DNA of 64,000 bases, taken from the NCBI RefSeq assembly GCF_009914755.1, contig NC_060929.1; one strand, written 5' to 3'. Below are positions 43,671 to 61,264 of this stretch, piece after piece. A program made the position numbers and the translations under genes. The notes under the pieces were generated by a model, which saw only the letters and a program-made list of their open reading frames with translations, was not told the DNA's origin and searched no databases. Origin of the DNA: the human T2T-CHM13v2.0 reference genome, Homo sapiens. Numbering within the stretch: the first letter of the stretch is position 1; every line of letters starts with the position of its first letter.

Positions 43671-44705
43671 GGAGGAGGAGCCAAGATGGCCGAATAGGAA
43701 CAGCTCCAGTCTACAGCTCCCAGCGTGAGCCACGCAGAAGATGGGTGATTTCTGCATTTCCATCAGAGGTACCGGGTTCATCTCACTAGGGAGTGCCAGA
43801 CAGTGGGCGCAGGACAGTGGGTGCAGCGCATTGTGCATGAGCCGAAGCAGGGCGAGGCATTGCCTCACTCGGGAAGCGCAAGGGGTCAGGGAGTTCTCTT
43901 TCCTGGTCAAGGAAAGGGGTGACAGACGGCACCTGGAAAATCGGGTCACTCCCACCCGAATACCGTGCTTCTCCGACAGGCTTAGGAAACGGCACACCAG
44001 GAGATTATATCCCGCACCTGGCTCGGAGGGTCCTATGCCCACGGAGTCTCACTGATTGCTAGCACAGCAGTCTGAGATCAAACTGCAAGGCAGTAGCGCG
44101 GTTGGGGGAGGGGCGCCTGCCATTGCCCAGGCTTGCTTAGGTAAACAAAGCAGCCAGGAAGCTAGAACTGGGTGGAGCCCACCACAACTCAAGGAGGCCT
44201 GCCTGCCTCTGTAGGCTCCACCTCTGGGGGCAGGGCACAGACAAACAAAAAGACAGCAGTAACCTCTGCAGACTTAAATGTCCCTGTCTGACAGCTTTGA
44301 AGAGAGCAGTGGTTGTCCCAGCATGCAGCTGGAGACCTCAGAACAGGCAGACTGCCTCCTCAAGTGGGTCACTGACCCCTGACCCTGAGCAGCCTAACTG
44401 GGAGGCACCCCCCAGTAGGGGCAGACTGACACCTCACATGGCCAGGTACTCCTCTGAGACAAAACTTCCAGAGAAACGATCAGACAGCAGCATTAGCGGT
44501 TCACGAAAATCCACTGTTCTGCAGACACCGCTGCTGATACCCAGGCAAACAGCGTCTGGAGTGGATCTCTAGCAAACTCCAACAGACCTGCAGCTGAGGG
44601 TCCTGTCTGTTAGAAGGAAAACTAACAAACACAAAGGACATCCACACCAAAAACCCATCTGTACATCACCATCATCAAAGACCAAAAGTAGATAAAACCA
44701 CAAAG
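43671..44705 (+). promoter_or_regulatory. L1 5' UTR with internal sense and antisense promoters
   Basis: YY1 site caagatggcc at about 43682 and a CpG-rich first 450 bp. Promoter function is established for L1PA 5' UTRs; activity of this copy is not shown. Confidence 0.75.
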
Positions 44706-45721
44706 ATGGGGAAAAAACAGAACAGAAAAACTGGAAACTCTAAAAAGCAGAGCACCTCTCCTCCTCCATAGGAACGCAGTTCCTCACCAGCAAAGAAACA
44801 AAGCTGGACGGAGAATGACTTTGACGAGTTGAGAGAAGAAGGCTTCAGACGATCAAACTACTCCGAGCTACAGGAGGAAATTCAAACCAAAGGCAAAGAA
44901 GTTGAAAACTTTGAAAAAATTTAGACGAATGTATAACTAGAATAACCAATACAGAGAAGTGCTTAAAGGAGTTGATGGAGCTGAAAGCCAAGGCTCGAGA
45001 ACTACATGAAGAATGCAGAAGCCTCAGGAGACGATGCGATCAAATGGAAGAAAGGGTATCAGTGGTGGAAGATGAAATGAATGAAATGAAGTGAGAAGGG
45101 TAGTTTAGAGAAAAAAAAATAAAAAGAAACGAACAAAGCCTCCAAGAAATATGGGACTATGTGAAAAGACCAAATCTATGTCTGACTGGTGTACCTGAAA
45201 GTGACAGGGAGAATGGAACCAAGTTGGAAAACACTAGGCAGGATATTATCCAGGAGAACTTCCCCAATCTAGCAAGGCAGGCCAACATTCAAATTCAGGA
45301 AATACAGAGAATGCCACAAAGATACTCCTTGAGAAGAGCAACTCAAAGACACATAATTGTCAGATTCACCAAAGTTGAAATGAAGGAAAAAATGTTAAGG
45401 GCAGCCAGAGAGAAAGGTCGGGTTACCCTCAAAGGGAAGCCCATCAGACTAACAGCAGATCTCTCGGCAGAAACTCTACAAGCCAGAAGAGAGTGGGGGC
45501 CAATATTCAACATTCTTAAAGAAAAGAATTTTCAACCCAGGATTTCATACCCAGCCAAACTAAGCTTCATAAGTGAAGGAGAAATAAAATCCTTTACAGA
45601 CCAGGAAATGCTGAGAGATTTTGTCACCACCAGGCCTGCCCTAAAAGAGCTCCTGAAGGAAGCACTAAACATGGAAAGGAACAACCGGTACCAGCCGCTG
45701 CAAAATCATGCCAAAATGTAA
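44706..45721 (+). pseudogene. L1 ORF1p, disrupted
   Basis: MGKKQNRKTGNSK start; TAG at codon 22 (44769), with further stops and a frameshift; the C-terminal part (..RPALKELLKEALNMERNNRYQPLQNHAKM) is open. Confidence 0.95.
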
Positions 45722-45781
45722 AGACCATCGAGACTAGGAAGAAACTGCAACTAACGAGCAAAATAACCAGCTAACGTCATA

Positions 45782-49607
<3,826 letters not shown>

Positions 49608-50087
49608 ACAATGAGAACACATGGACACAGGAAGGGGAACATCACACTCTGGGGACTGTTGTGGGGTCGGGGGAGGGGGGAGGGATAGCATTAGGAGATA
49701 TACCTAATGCTAAATGATTAGTTAATGGGTGCAGCACACCAGCATGGCACATGTATACATATGTAACTAACCTGCACATTGTGCACATGTACCCTAAAAC
49801 TTAAAGTTTAATAATAAAAAATTTAAAAAAAGGTAAAAAAAATGAATAGAAATGAGACACAGCAGGATAATGTTGAAAGAAAAGACAATTATTAGGTACA
49901 ATATCTTGTCTCTAAAATGATGTTTTCTATTGCTTCATCTTGGTACTATTTCTTGGTTACCCTCATAAAAGGCCTGCCAGTGAATAAAATAAGTCATCTA
50001 TTGCTCCATATTTAAAATGATTACAGAAGTGCATAAAGTGGTGGCTAAAAGTGGAGTTCCAGACTTGAAGATCACTGCAAATGATAC

Positions 50088-50405
50088 TTTATTTTTTCCG
50101 CTGTCACCCAGACTGTCATGCAGTGGTGCAATCAGAGCTCACTGCAACCCCAAATTCCTGGGCTCAGAAGGTCCTTCTGCCTTAGCCTCCCAGGTAGCTA
50201 GGACTATAGGTGCATGCCACCATGACTGGCTAATTTTTTTTTCTTTTAGTAGAGATAGGGTCTCCCTATGTAGTCCAGGCTGGTCTTCTCCTGGCCTCAA
50301 GTGATCCTTGGCCTCAAGTGATCCTCAACTCCTGGCCTCAAGTGATCCTCCTGCCTCAGCGTCCCAAAGACCTGGGATTACAGGTGTGAGCCACTGCACC
50401 TGGCC
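50088..50405 (-). mobile_element. AluJ with internal tandem repeats
   Basis: Diverged antisense Alu; tggcctcaagtgatcct occurs three times. Confidence 0.85.
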
Positions 50406-50719
50406 CAAAAGAGGCTTTAGGGCTTGGCTTCAATGAAGCCAAGTCTTTGGCAGTGGTAACTCTGTCTTACTTGAAGGATACCCAAATTATGTCAATTAAT
50501 GGGAGATTTTTTTACCTGAAACTGTGGAATAAGCCCTAAAGCATGACTTTCAAGGTTATCTAATAACCGTCACCTCTTATAAGTTGGTGAACCTGGTCTA
50601 GTGCATGCTCCAGCATATGTCCTGGCAAGGATGTATACTGGACTACTTCAATTTTACATAAATAAGGGTCAACCTGGAAGTAGAAAGTTATGTTTACAAT
50701 AAGCTTTGCTTAGAAGTCA

Positions 50720-51130
50720 TTCCAGCTACTTATGCTACATTAAAAAAAAAATCCCAAAACTTTGTGGCTTAAAGCAACATCAATCATTTATTTTGCTCAT
50801 GAGTCTGTAATTAGGGCAGGACTTCGTAAGGTGGCTCATCTCTATGAGCATCAGCCGAAATGGCTTGACTGGGACTTAAGGATCTATTTCCAAAATGCAC
50901 ATGGTTGGCAAGTTGCAGTTGGCAGTTAGCTGGGAATTCAGTCAGTGCTGCAGGCTGGGGATTTTCCTCATAGCATTGAAAGCCGAGCTCCAAGAAGAAA
51001 GGTTTAGGAGGCTTGGTCAGAAGGTACATGGCTTCTTATGAGCTTGCCCTATCATATTGCATTAGTAACTAGGAAAGTCATCAAAACCAGCCCACATTCA
51101 AAGGGAGGGGAATTAGGCTCTATCTTGAAT
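50720..51130. mobile_element. Old MLT1 (G/H-like) LTR
   Basis: cccaaaactttgtggcttaaagcaac...ttttgctcatgagtctg...cagcccacattcaagggagggg. Confidence 0.65.
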
Positions 51131-51200
51131 ATCTTGCAGAAGTTATCATGCCCAAATCTCTACCTATAAGTGAGGCTATTTATGATCTCTCTCTTATATA

Positions 51201-51591
51201 CAGTGATGCATCCTTTATTGACAGGGATACATTCTGAGAAACGGACCATTAGGCAATTTTGTCACTGCGCAAATATCATAGAGTGTATTTATACAAACCT
51301 AGATGGTATAGCCTACTACACTTCTAGGCTATAACATATAGCCTGTTTATAGACTGCAAACCTGTTCAGCATGTTACTCTACTGAATTTTGTAGGCAATT
51401 GTAACACAATGGTAAGTATTTGTGTATTTAAACATAGCTACGCAAAGCAAAGCAAAGGTACAGTCAAAATATGGTATAAAAAGATTTCAAATGATACACC
51501 TGTATAGGGCAGCTCCATTATAATTTTATTGGACCAATGTCATGTATTTGGTCTATCATTGATCAAATCATCGCTATGCTATATATGACTG
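51201..51591. mobile_element. Tigger3/MER7 (Golem) MITE
   Basis: TA-flanked cagtgatg...atgactg termini; gggatacattctgagaaa and caaacctagatggtatagcctactacac. Confidence 0.85.
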
Positions 51592-52133
51592 TATCTTAAT
51601 TGTGATTTCCTTATGTTTCTTTTAGACAAGTAAATCTTGTTTAATACAGCAAAGAGGTATCGTTTTTCTGGTTCTTTTTCTGGTCAGTCTTTTCTTTCTA
51701 TTGACATTTAGTGATAACATCATCTGCACATTTTCACATATATAAGAAATTGAAATGGCCCCTGAAGAAACAGGGTCTCTTAATTCATTTCCTGCACTTT
51801 AATTGTAGATTACAGTTCTATTTCCTTAATGAGATTGTGAGCTGTTTGATACCAGGGACAATGCCTTGCTTCTCTTTATCTCCAGCACCTATCAGAATAC
51901 ATGGGCACATCCAAGTGAATGCTATTATTTCAATGTAATGAAACTAAAATGATATTGTTAAGGAAGATAGGATAAAACCCACCAGCTGCACATATACAAA
52001 AAAATACCACATGTACCTAGCATCTTCAGGGAAATGAGGAACACCTGTAAAGTTGTGCTCCACAAAGAAAGAAGAGTCACCTCCTTTAGCAGCCACTCCA
52101 TTTTCCTCAGTATGTTGAAAATAGTATCACATT

Positions 52134-52510
<377 letters not shown>

Positions 52511-55500
52511 CTATCAGCAGCATTTTGATGAAGGAAATGATATGCTAGCACAGTAGAGAACTGAATTGATCCAGCAGTGACTGAATTTATTTTTCAAAGG
52601 AAGACTTTTCATCATGTGCATCTGAGCTTTAATCTTTTGCTTGTCACTTGATAGTCTGCTCAGAAAACCTCAAATTTATGATCAAAGTAACCATAAGCCT
52701 TCTTGGGACCGTCTATTTCTCTGAAATGATCATTTAGTTCAATAAAGATGTATTTAATGCCATTTGATGTGCCAGAAACCATGTTCATGGTGCTGCTTGA
52801 AACAATGCCAATCTAATTATTCAGCTTTTTTCACTTAGTAATGTGCATTTACGTTTCTTAGACCTCTTTTCATGGCTTGATTATCTCATTTCTTTTTAGC
52901 ACTGAATAATACTCCATTGTCTGCTTGTACCAAGGTTTATTTATCCACTCAACTACTGAAAGACATCTTTGTTGCTTCCAAGTTTTTGGCAATTATAAAT
53001 AGAGCTGCTATAAATATTTATATACAGAGTTTGATGTAGACATAAGTTCTCAACTCATTTGGGTAGATAACCAAAGTTCACAATTGCCGAATCATATGGT
53101 TAGTTCCATAAGAAACTGTCAAACTTTTCCACGGTGGCTATATCATTTTGCATTTCCATCAGCAGTGAATGAGAGTTCCTGTTCCATCCTCATTAGCATT
53201 TAATGTTGTCAAAATTTGGGATTTTAATCATTCTAATAAGTGTGTAGTGGTATCTCACTGTCATGTTAATATGCAATTCCCTAATGACATATAATGTTGA
53301 ACATCTTTTCATATACTTACTTGCTATCTGTATGTCTTCTTTGTTTAGATATCTGTCAAGATCTTTGGCCCATTTTAAAAATTAGATTGTTCACTTTCTT
53401 ATTTTTGAGTTTTAAAAGTTCCTTTTTTATTTTGGCTAACAGTCCTTTACCAGATGTGCCTTTTGCAAATATTTTCTTTTAGTCTGTGACTTTTCATACT
53501 TGCTTGTCTTTTCCAGGACAGGAATTTTTAATTTTAATGAAGTCCCACTTATCAATGCTTTCATTGATGAATAGTGTCTTTGGTGTTGTATCTAAACAGT
53601 CATTGTCATATTCAAGGTCACCTAGGTTTTCTCCCATGTTGTCTCCTAGAAATTTTACAGCTCTGAGTTTTATATTTTGGTTTATGAACTGTTTTGAGTT
53701 AATTTCTGTGAAGGGTGTCAGGTCTAGATTTATTGTTTTACATGTGGATGCCCAGTCATTTCAGTACCATTTGTTGAAAATACTATCTATTCCACTTTAT
53801 TGCCTTTGTTCTTTTGTCAAAGATCAGTTGACTATATTTATGTGGGTCTATTTCCGGATCTCTATTCTGTGCCATTGATCTATTTGTCTGTTCTTTTGCC
53901 AATACCACACTGTCTTGATTGCTGTAGTTTTTTATTCTTGGAGCTGTGTATTGTCAGCCCTCTGATTTTGTTATTCTTCAATATTGAGCTGGCTATTCTG
54001 GGGCAGTATTTCCACATAAAATTTAGAATCAGATTATTGATACCCACAAAATTGCTTTCTGAGATTTTGATTGAGATTACATTGTATCTATATGTCAAGT
54101 TGGGAAGAACTGATATCTTGACAATACTGGGTCTTCCTATCTATGAACATGGAATATCTCTCCTTTTAGTTCTTTGATATATTTAATGAACTTTTAGTTT
54201 TCCTTTTAGAAACCTTATGCATATTTAATTAGGTTTATATCTAAGTATTTTATTTTGGAGATATTACTATAAATGTTAATGTGTTTTTAATTTCAAATTC
54301 TACTTGTTCATTGCTGGTATATAAGAAAAAAATTGACTTTAACCTTGTATACTGCAATGTTGCTAAAATTGCTTATTAGTTCTAGGAGGGTTTTTTCTTG
54401 TTGACTCTTTTGAATTTTCTATATACAGTCATGTTACCTGCAAACAAAGCTTGATTTCTTCCTTTCAAATCTATACTTTTTAAAAAATCTTGTCTCACTG
54501 CATTATCTAGGACTTTCATTATGATGTTAAAAAGCAGTGGTGAGAGAGGATATCTTTGCCGTATTCCTGCTCTTGAAGGGAAAACTTCAAATTTTTCACC
54601 ATTAAGTATAATGTTAGCTGTAGGATTTTTAGAAATGTTGTTTTTAGAAGTTGAGGCTATGCCCCTCTACTCCTAGTTTACTGAGAATTTTTAACCATAA
54701 ATGGGTATTGGTGTTTGTTACATGTTTGTTCTGCATCTATTTATATCTTCATATGATTTTGTTTTCTATAGCCTGTTAATATGATAATTATATTAATTGA
54801 TTTTTGAAATGTTCAAATAGACTTACATTCCTGCAATAAATCCCACTTGGTCATGTTGTATAATTCTTTTGTTTTTTTACATTGTTGGATTTGATATGCT
54901 TATAATTTTTTGAGAATTTTTGCATCTATGTTCATGAGAGACATTGGTCTATAGTTTTATTTTCTTTTAATGTATTTGTTTGATTTTGATATAGGGGAGT
55001 GCTGAGCTCATAGAATGAGATAGGAAGTATTTCCTTGCTTATATCTTCTGGAAGAGATTTCAGAGAATTGGTATAATTTCTTCCTTAAACATTTGGTAGT
55101 TTTCACCAGTGAATCCATCTTGGTGCTTGCATTTTGGAAGATAGTTAATTATTGATTAAGTTTCTTTAACAAATATATTCAGATCTATTTAGATTGTCTA
55201 TTTATTCTTGTGTGAGTTTTGGCAAGTTGTGTCTTTCAAAAACATGATCAATTTCACCTAGATTATCAAATTTGTGGGCATGGGCTTTGTTCATAATATG
55301 CCTTTATTATCCTTTTAATGTCCATATGATCTGTATGTCTCCTCTTCCATTTCTGATATTAGTAATTTGTGTCTTCTTGCTTTTTTCCTTAGTTATCCTG
55401 GCTATAAACTTGTCAATTTTATTGGTCTTTTCAAAGAACCAGCTTTTAGTCTTATTGACTTTCTGTATGAATTTCCTGTTTTCCATTTTATTGATTTGTG

Positions 55501-55917
55501 CTCTATTTTTCAAATTATTTCTTTTCTTCTGCTTATTTTGAATTTAATTTGCTCTTCTTTTTCTAGTTTTCCTAAGGTGAAAGTTTAGATTATTAATTTT
55601 AGAACTTTCTTTCATGCTATAAATTTCTGTCTAAGCACTGCTTTTGCCACATTTCACAAATATTGATAATTTGTGTTTTCATTTATTTTTAATTTCTCTT
55701 GAGATTTCTTTTTTGACCCACATGTTACTTAGAAGTGTGTTGTTTAATCTTCAAGAATTTTGGAATTTTCCAACCATCTTCCTATTCTTGAATTGTAATT
55801 TAACTTTACTGTGGTCTGAGAGCAGATATTGTAGGTTTTCTATTCTTTTACATTTGTTAAACGTGTTTTATGACCCAGGAAATTGTCTGTCTTGGTAAGT
55901 GTTCTCTATGAGTTTGA

Positions 55918-56322
<405 letters not shown>

Positions 56323-56832
56323 CCAGATAGGGGTCTTAAAGTCTTCATCTATAATAATGGATTAATCTATTTCTCCATGCAGTTCTCTCATTTTTTGTCT
56401 CACATATGTTGATGCTCTATGTTAGGCACCTACACGTTAAGAATTGTTTTGTCTTCTTGAAGTATTGACCCCTTTATCATTATATAATGCCCTTTTTATC
56501 CTTGATAACTTTCCATGAAGTCAGCTGTCTAAAGTTAATATAGCTATGACCACTTTATTAATGTTAACATAATATCTCTCTCTCCATCCTTTTACTTTTA
56601 ATCTATATGTATCTTTATATTTAATGTGGATTTCTTATAGACAACATACAGTTGGGTCTTGTTTTTTTTTAATCTACTCTAACAATCTCTGTCATTTAAA
56701 TGGCTTATTCAGGCCATTGATGTTTAAAGAGATTATTGATATAGTTGGACTAATATCTACCATATTTGTTACTGTTTTCCATTTGTTGCCCTTGTTCTTT
56801 TCTCCTATTTTTGTCATTTACACTTTTTCTAA

Positions 56833-57060
<228 letters not shown>

Positions 57061-58307
57061 TTTTGTTATTTTAATTGAGCATTTTATATGATTTTATTTT
57101 CTCTTCTTTCTTAGTGTATAAATTGTCCCCTTTTTAAAAATGTTTTTTAGTGATTTCCCTATCACATTTACAACTAATCCACGTCCAGTTTCAAATAACA
57201 CTATACTACTTCATGGGTTGTTCAAGTAGCCTCTAATAATTAAATATTCTTCATTTATCACTCTTATCTCTTGTATTATTGCTGGTATTTATTTCACTTG
57301 AATGTATATGTTATATATTATATACATGTTTGCATGCATAATCAAATAGTGTTATATTTGAAGCAAACTGTTTTCTGCTAGATTAGTTAAGAAAAGAAAG
57401 ATAAAAGTTTTCATTTACCTTCACTTATTCATTATTTGATGATCTTCCTTTCTTTACGTAGATACAAATTTCTGACATACCATTTTCCTTCTCTTTGAAT
57501 AAGTCTGTTTAATATTTCTTCCAAGGCAGGTCTACAGGCAAAAAATTCCCTCAATCTTTGTCTGACATAATCCTTATTTCTCCTCCACTTTTAAAGAGTA
57601 ATTTTTCAGAGTACCTAACTTTAGGTTGGTAGTTTTCTCTCTCACCACGTTAAATGTTTCAATCCACTCTCTTCTTACTTGCATGGTTTATGCATAGTCA
57701 GATATAATTCTTATCTTTGCTCCTCTGTAGTTAAGGTATTTTTCTCCCTGGCTTCTTTCAAGGTTTTTTTTTTTTAATTTATCTCTGATTTTCTAAAGCT
57801 TAAATATAGTAAGTCTAGGTAGTTGAGGTTTTTTGATCTTTGAGTTTTATTTTTTTGTTTGTTTGTTTGTCTGTTTGTTTGATTTATCCTGCTTTGTGTT
57901 CTCTGAGCTTCCTGCATCTGTGTTTGGTGCCTGACATTAAATTGAGGAAAGCCTCAGTCATTATTGCCTCAAATATTGTTTCCGTTCCTTTCTCGTTTTC
58001 TCTCATTTCATCATTTGTAGTTGTTCCACAGTTCTTGTTTCCATTCATATTCTGTTCAGTTCTTATTCTGTTCTTGTTTTTTCACTTTGCCTTTCAGTTT
58101 TGGAGGTTTCTATTGTCCTATCCTTTAGCTCAGAGATTCTTCCCTCAGCCATGTCCAATATGCTAATGAGCCCATCAAAGGCATTCTTCATCTTGTTACA
58201 TTTTTATTCTATCGCTAGCGTTTTTTTTCTTTTTGTAATTTCAACTTTTATTTTAGATACAAGGAGTATATGCATAGGTGATCCTTTCTTAGAATTTCCA
58301 TCTCTCT

Positions 58308-58370
58308 CTTGTGCACATGTACCCTAAAACTTAAAGTATAATAATAATAAATTTAAAAAAAGAAAAAAAA
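58308..58370 (+). mobile_element. Miniature L1PA 3' end with TSD
   Basis: ttgtgcacatgtaccctaaaacttaaagtataataataa plus an A tail, between agaatttYcatctctct repeats at 58291-58307 and 58371-58387. Confidence 0.9.
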
Positions 58371-58961
58371 AGAATTTTCATCTCTCTGCTGACATTATCT
58401 ATGTGTTCCTGCATGTTGTCTACTTCTTCCATTAAAGTCCTTAGCATATTTAATCATAGTTTTTTTAAAAAAACTCCTGGTCCAATAATTCCAATACGAC
58501 TGCCATATGTGACTCAGATTCTGACGCTTTTTCAGTTTCTTCTGTGTGTTTATAATGCATTATAATCTTTTGTCAAGAGTGGACACAAAATACTAGGTAA
58601 AAGGAACTGCAGTAAATTGCCTTTAGTAATTTAGTGGTAAGATGTCAGGGAAGGAGACGCATTCTATAGTCCTAAGATTAGGTCTCAGTTTTTTTTGTGG
58701 AGGCTGTACCCCTTCTCAGTCTTCATCTTGCTTCAGGTGGGACAGAATGCCTAGAGGGGGCTGGCTGGAAGTTGGATTTCCCTGCCCTATGTTAGGCTCT
58801 GATAAAATAGTTTCTCCTGAGGACAGGACTTGTTAAGAACAGGATGCTCTGATGTATTTCAAAATGGTTTCTTTTCTACTCCCCATGCCAGAAGCACAAG
58901 GGAATTTTTCTCTGATCTTCACTGTGAGGACCTGGTAGAGCTCCTGGAAATAAAACTCACA

Positions 58962-58964
<3 letters not shown>

Positions 58965-58996
<32 letters not shown>

Positions 58997-59012
58997 ATAC
59001 ACACACACACAC
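58965..59012. repeat. Compound (TC)n-(CA)n microsatellite
   Basis: Directly visible dinucleotide runs. Confidence 0.95.
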
Positions 59013-61163
59013 CCCTGAATTCCCCTAGTGTTTTTATCTCTTAGATTTGTCTACACTGAGCCTCCAGGGTAATTTTTCAATTATACTTCAGGTTTTCCTA
59101 CACCAGCTTTGGTTCCTTTGGAGGATTCTACTCATGGCCTTCCGCTCTGGAAAGTTGTGATTCTCTGCAGCCACCTTTCTGTTTCTTCCATTTTAGGGGT
59201 AGCAGTTCACCCTGTGTGATCACTTCCCTGAAAGATCTAAGAAGAGTTGTTAATTTTTCAGTTTGTTCAGCTTTCTGCTTCTTGTTAGGATGAGGTTGTG
59301 ACTCCTAAGCTCCTCACATCCTGAACTACAAGCCAGAAGTCCTGATTCATTATATCTATAATGACAAATATCTGAGTTCCAACAAAAGAACCATGCACTT
59401 AGATACTTTGACAGCAATAGCTATTGAAATAGAAGTTTTAAGTAAATTCTGGTCTTTGAATACCATCAGTTTAATAAATGTTTGAAGGATATATTGGGAA
59501 GAATTTGGGCAACCTTTTCACCTGGAGAATACATGAATATCTTACAAAGGCAGACATTCAATTAGAAGAGACAGAAAAAAAAAAACAAAACTGTGACTTC
59601 TGTACTGACTGATGCCAGCACCATCATTTCTTTTATTTCCTAAAGCTAATGTTTGAGTCTTTCCCCATGGTTTTCTTCTCTATGAAAAAAGTACTATTGA
59701 TGCCTTAGCTCTAACATGAAGAATATGCACTTGGGTGCTTGTACTTCTAACCACCGGGAACGGAATGTGTTATCTTTTAGGGCAAAGCTGTCTTATTGTT
59801 GTAGTCATTGTGGCTGGTATTGAATCCTTGGGAGCAGGCAGCATGTGGCACAGCTTGACCTTTCCGATCAGGCAGATTAAGAACATTATATTTTCCACCC
59901 AGTCAATGCAGGGCCTATGGTTAATGATTACTTAGAGCCTAAATCCCACAGCTGATTTTCTATCATTTGGAAATGATCAGAGCCCATGTCCAGCAAAATC
60001 TGGCAGTGACATTTTTGGCAAGCTCTTTCAACAGCAGATGCTTTCAGGAAAGACAGAGAGCAAGTGGGGATGAGGGGAGGAAAATCCTATATTTCATGTA
60101 AAATTTATTTTGCTTCTAGTTCAACCACGCACCTTCATTCTTTCAAAGTGACGTGTTGATACTGGTGACTTTTAGCATGGTAATATATTACATGTCACTA
60201 TTAGGATAAAATGGCATTGTCTGCTTGCTTATTCTAATTTCATAATTGCAAATTCTCTTTCTATTGAAAAATAGCATTCATTGTCAGAAGTGCACTAAAA
60301 TAACTTCAACACTTCAAGCAACAACTTTTTCATTAACATACATCAGAATAAGTTTCATAGGTCACTAAAAAGAGAAACCTGAAAGGCCTATCTTTATTAA
60401 AATAGAGAAGAGGAAATGGAGAAGTAGAATCAAGGTGAGGAGTCATATAAACAAAATAATGTGAATTTCCTTCCAATAGCAGTGTCTGGTAAATATTCCT
60501 TCCCTCTGTTCATTGTTTCTGTTGTTATTCTGTTTTTGTTTTGTTTTGTTTCCCTCTCTCTCCTTATCCTTCTTTAAATTCAAACTGTAAATTCTGGTAT
60601 AGAGTAGACACCACTGTATGTCTACTAGACAAAGGGCCTGGGCTGAGTTGGGGTTGACTAATGTTTCTAGCCTGCGAGATTTTCCTTATGGCTCTCATTA
60701 GGCACTACCCCTTGTGCCGCAAAAAGCCAAAACTAGGCTTTGGTGACCTATGTTTCCCTATATGTAGAATGTGATCCAAAAATGCAATGCATACAAGTAG
60801 ATCTCTGATCAAAACTGCAAAAGAACCAGAGTTAACTTTTGATCCTGCTAATTTTTATTTTTCTGAACTTTGGCCTTTTTATTTTTCATTCAATCACACA
60901 GGGCCCTGATAGTGGCCTATTTACAGCTATGCAAATCTACTAATTTCACCTAATGACACTCTTAACCAAGTACTCTATTCTCCAAAACTAAATATCTGCT
61001 GTTCATCCAACTCATCCACAGTCTAAATTCTGATTATTCTGAGCTCTGCTATTGTCAACAATATGTTTATTGTGTTCTATGATTATATTCCTATACATCA
61101 GATTACGAATGACTGATAGATAACACTTTCTAAAGTATCCACATGTAAGAGAAGTACCTATTG

Positions 61164-61264
61164 ATCCTTTTGTAGTTCATAAACAGGATGATAGGGTTTT
61201 CACATTTATTGTGAGATGTGCTTCCCTCCAACCTTGTTATGATGTTGATGCATTATCCATCTGA
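61164..61264 (+). pseudogene. Retrocopy of U13 box C/D snoRNA (SNORD13-like)
   Basis: atccttttgtagttcat...gatgat...tgtgagatgtgc...aaccttgttatga...cattatccatctga is colinear with U13. It is followed by an A-rich tail, with degenerate TSD agaagtacctattg / agaagtatttgttg. Confidence 0.88.
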
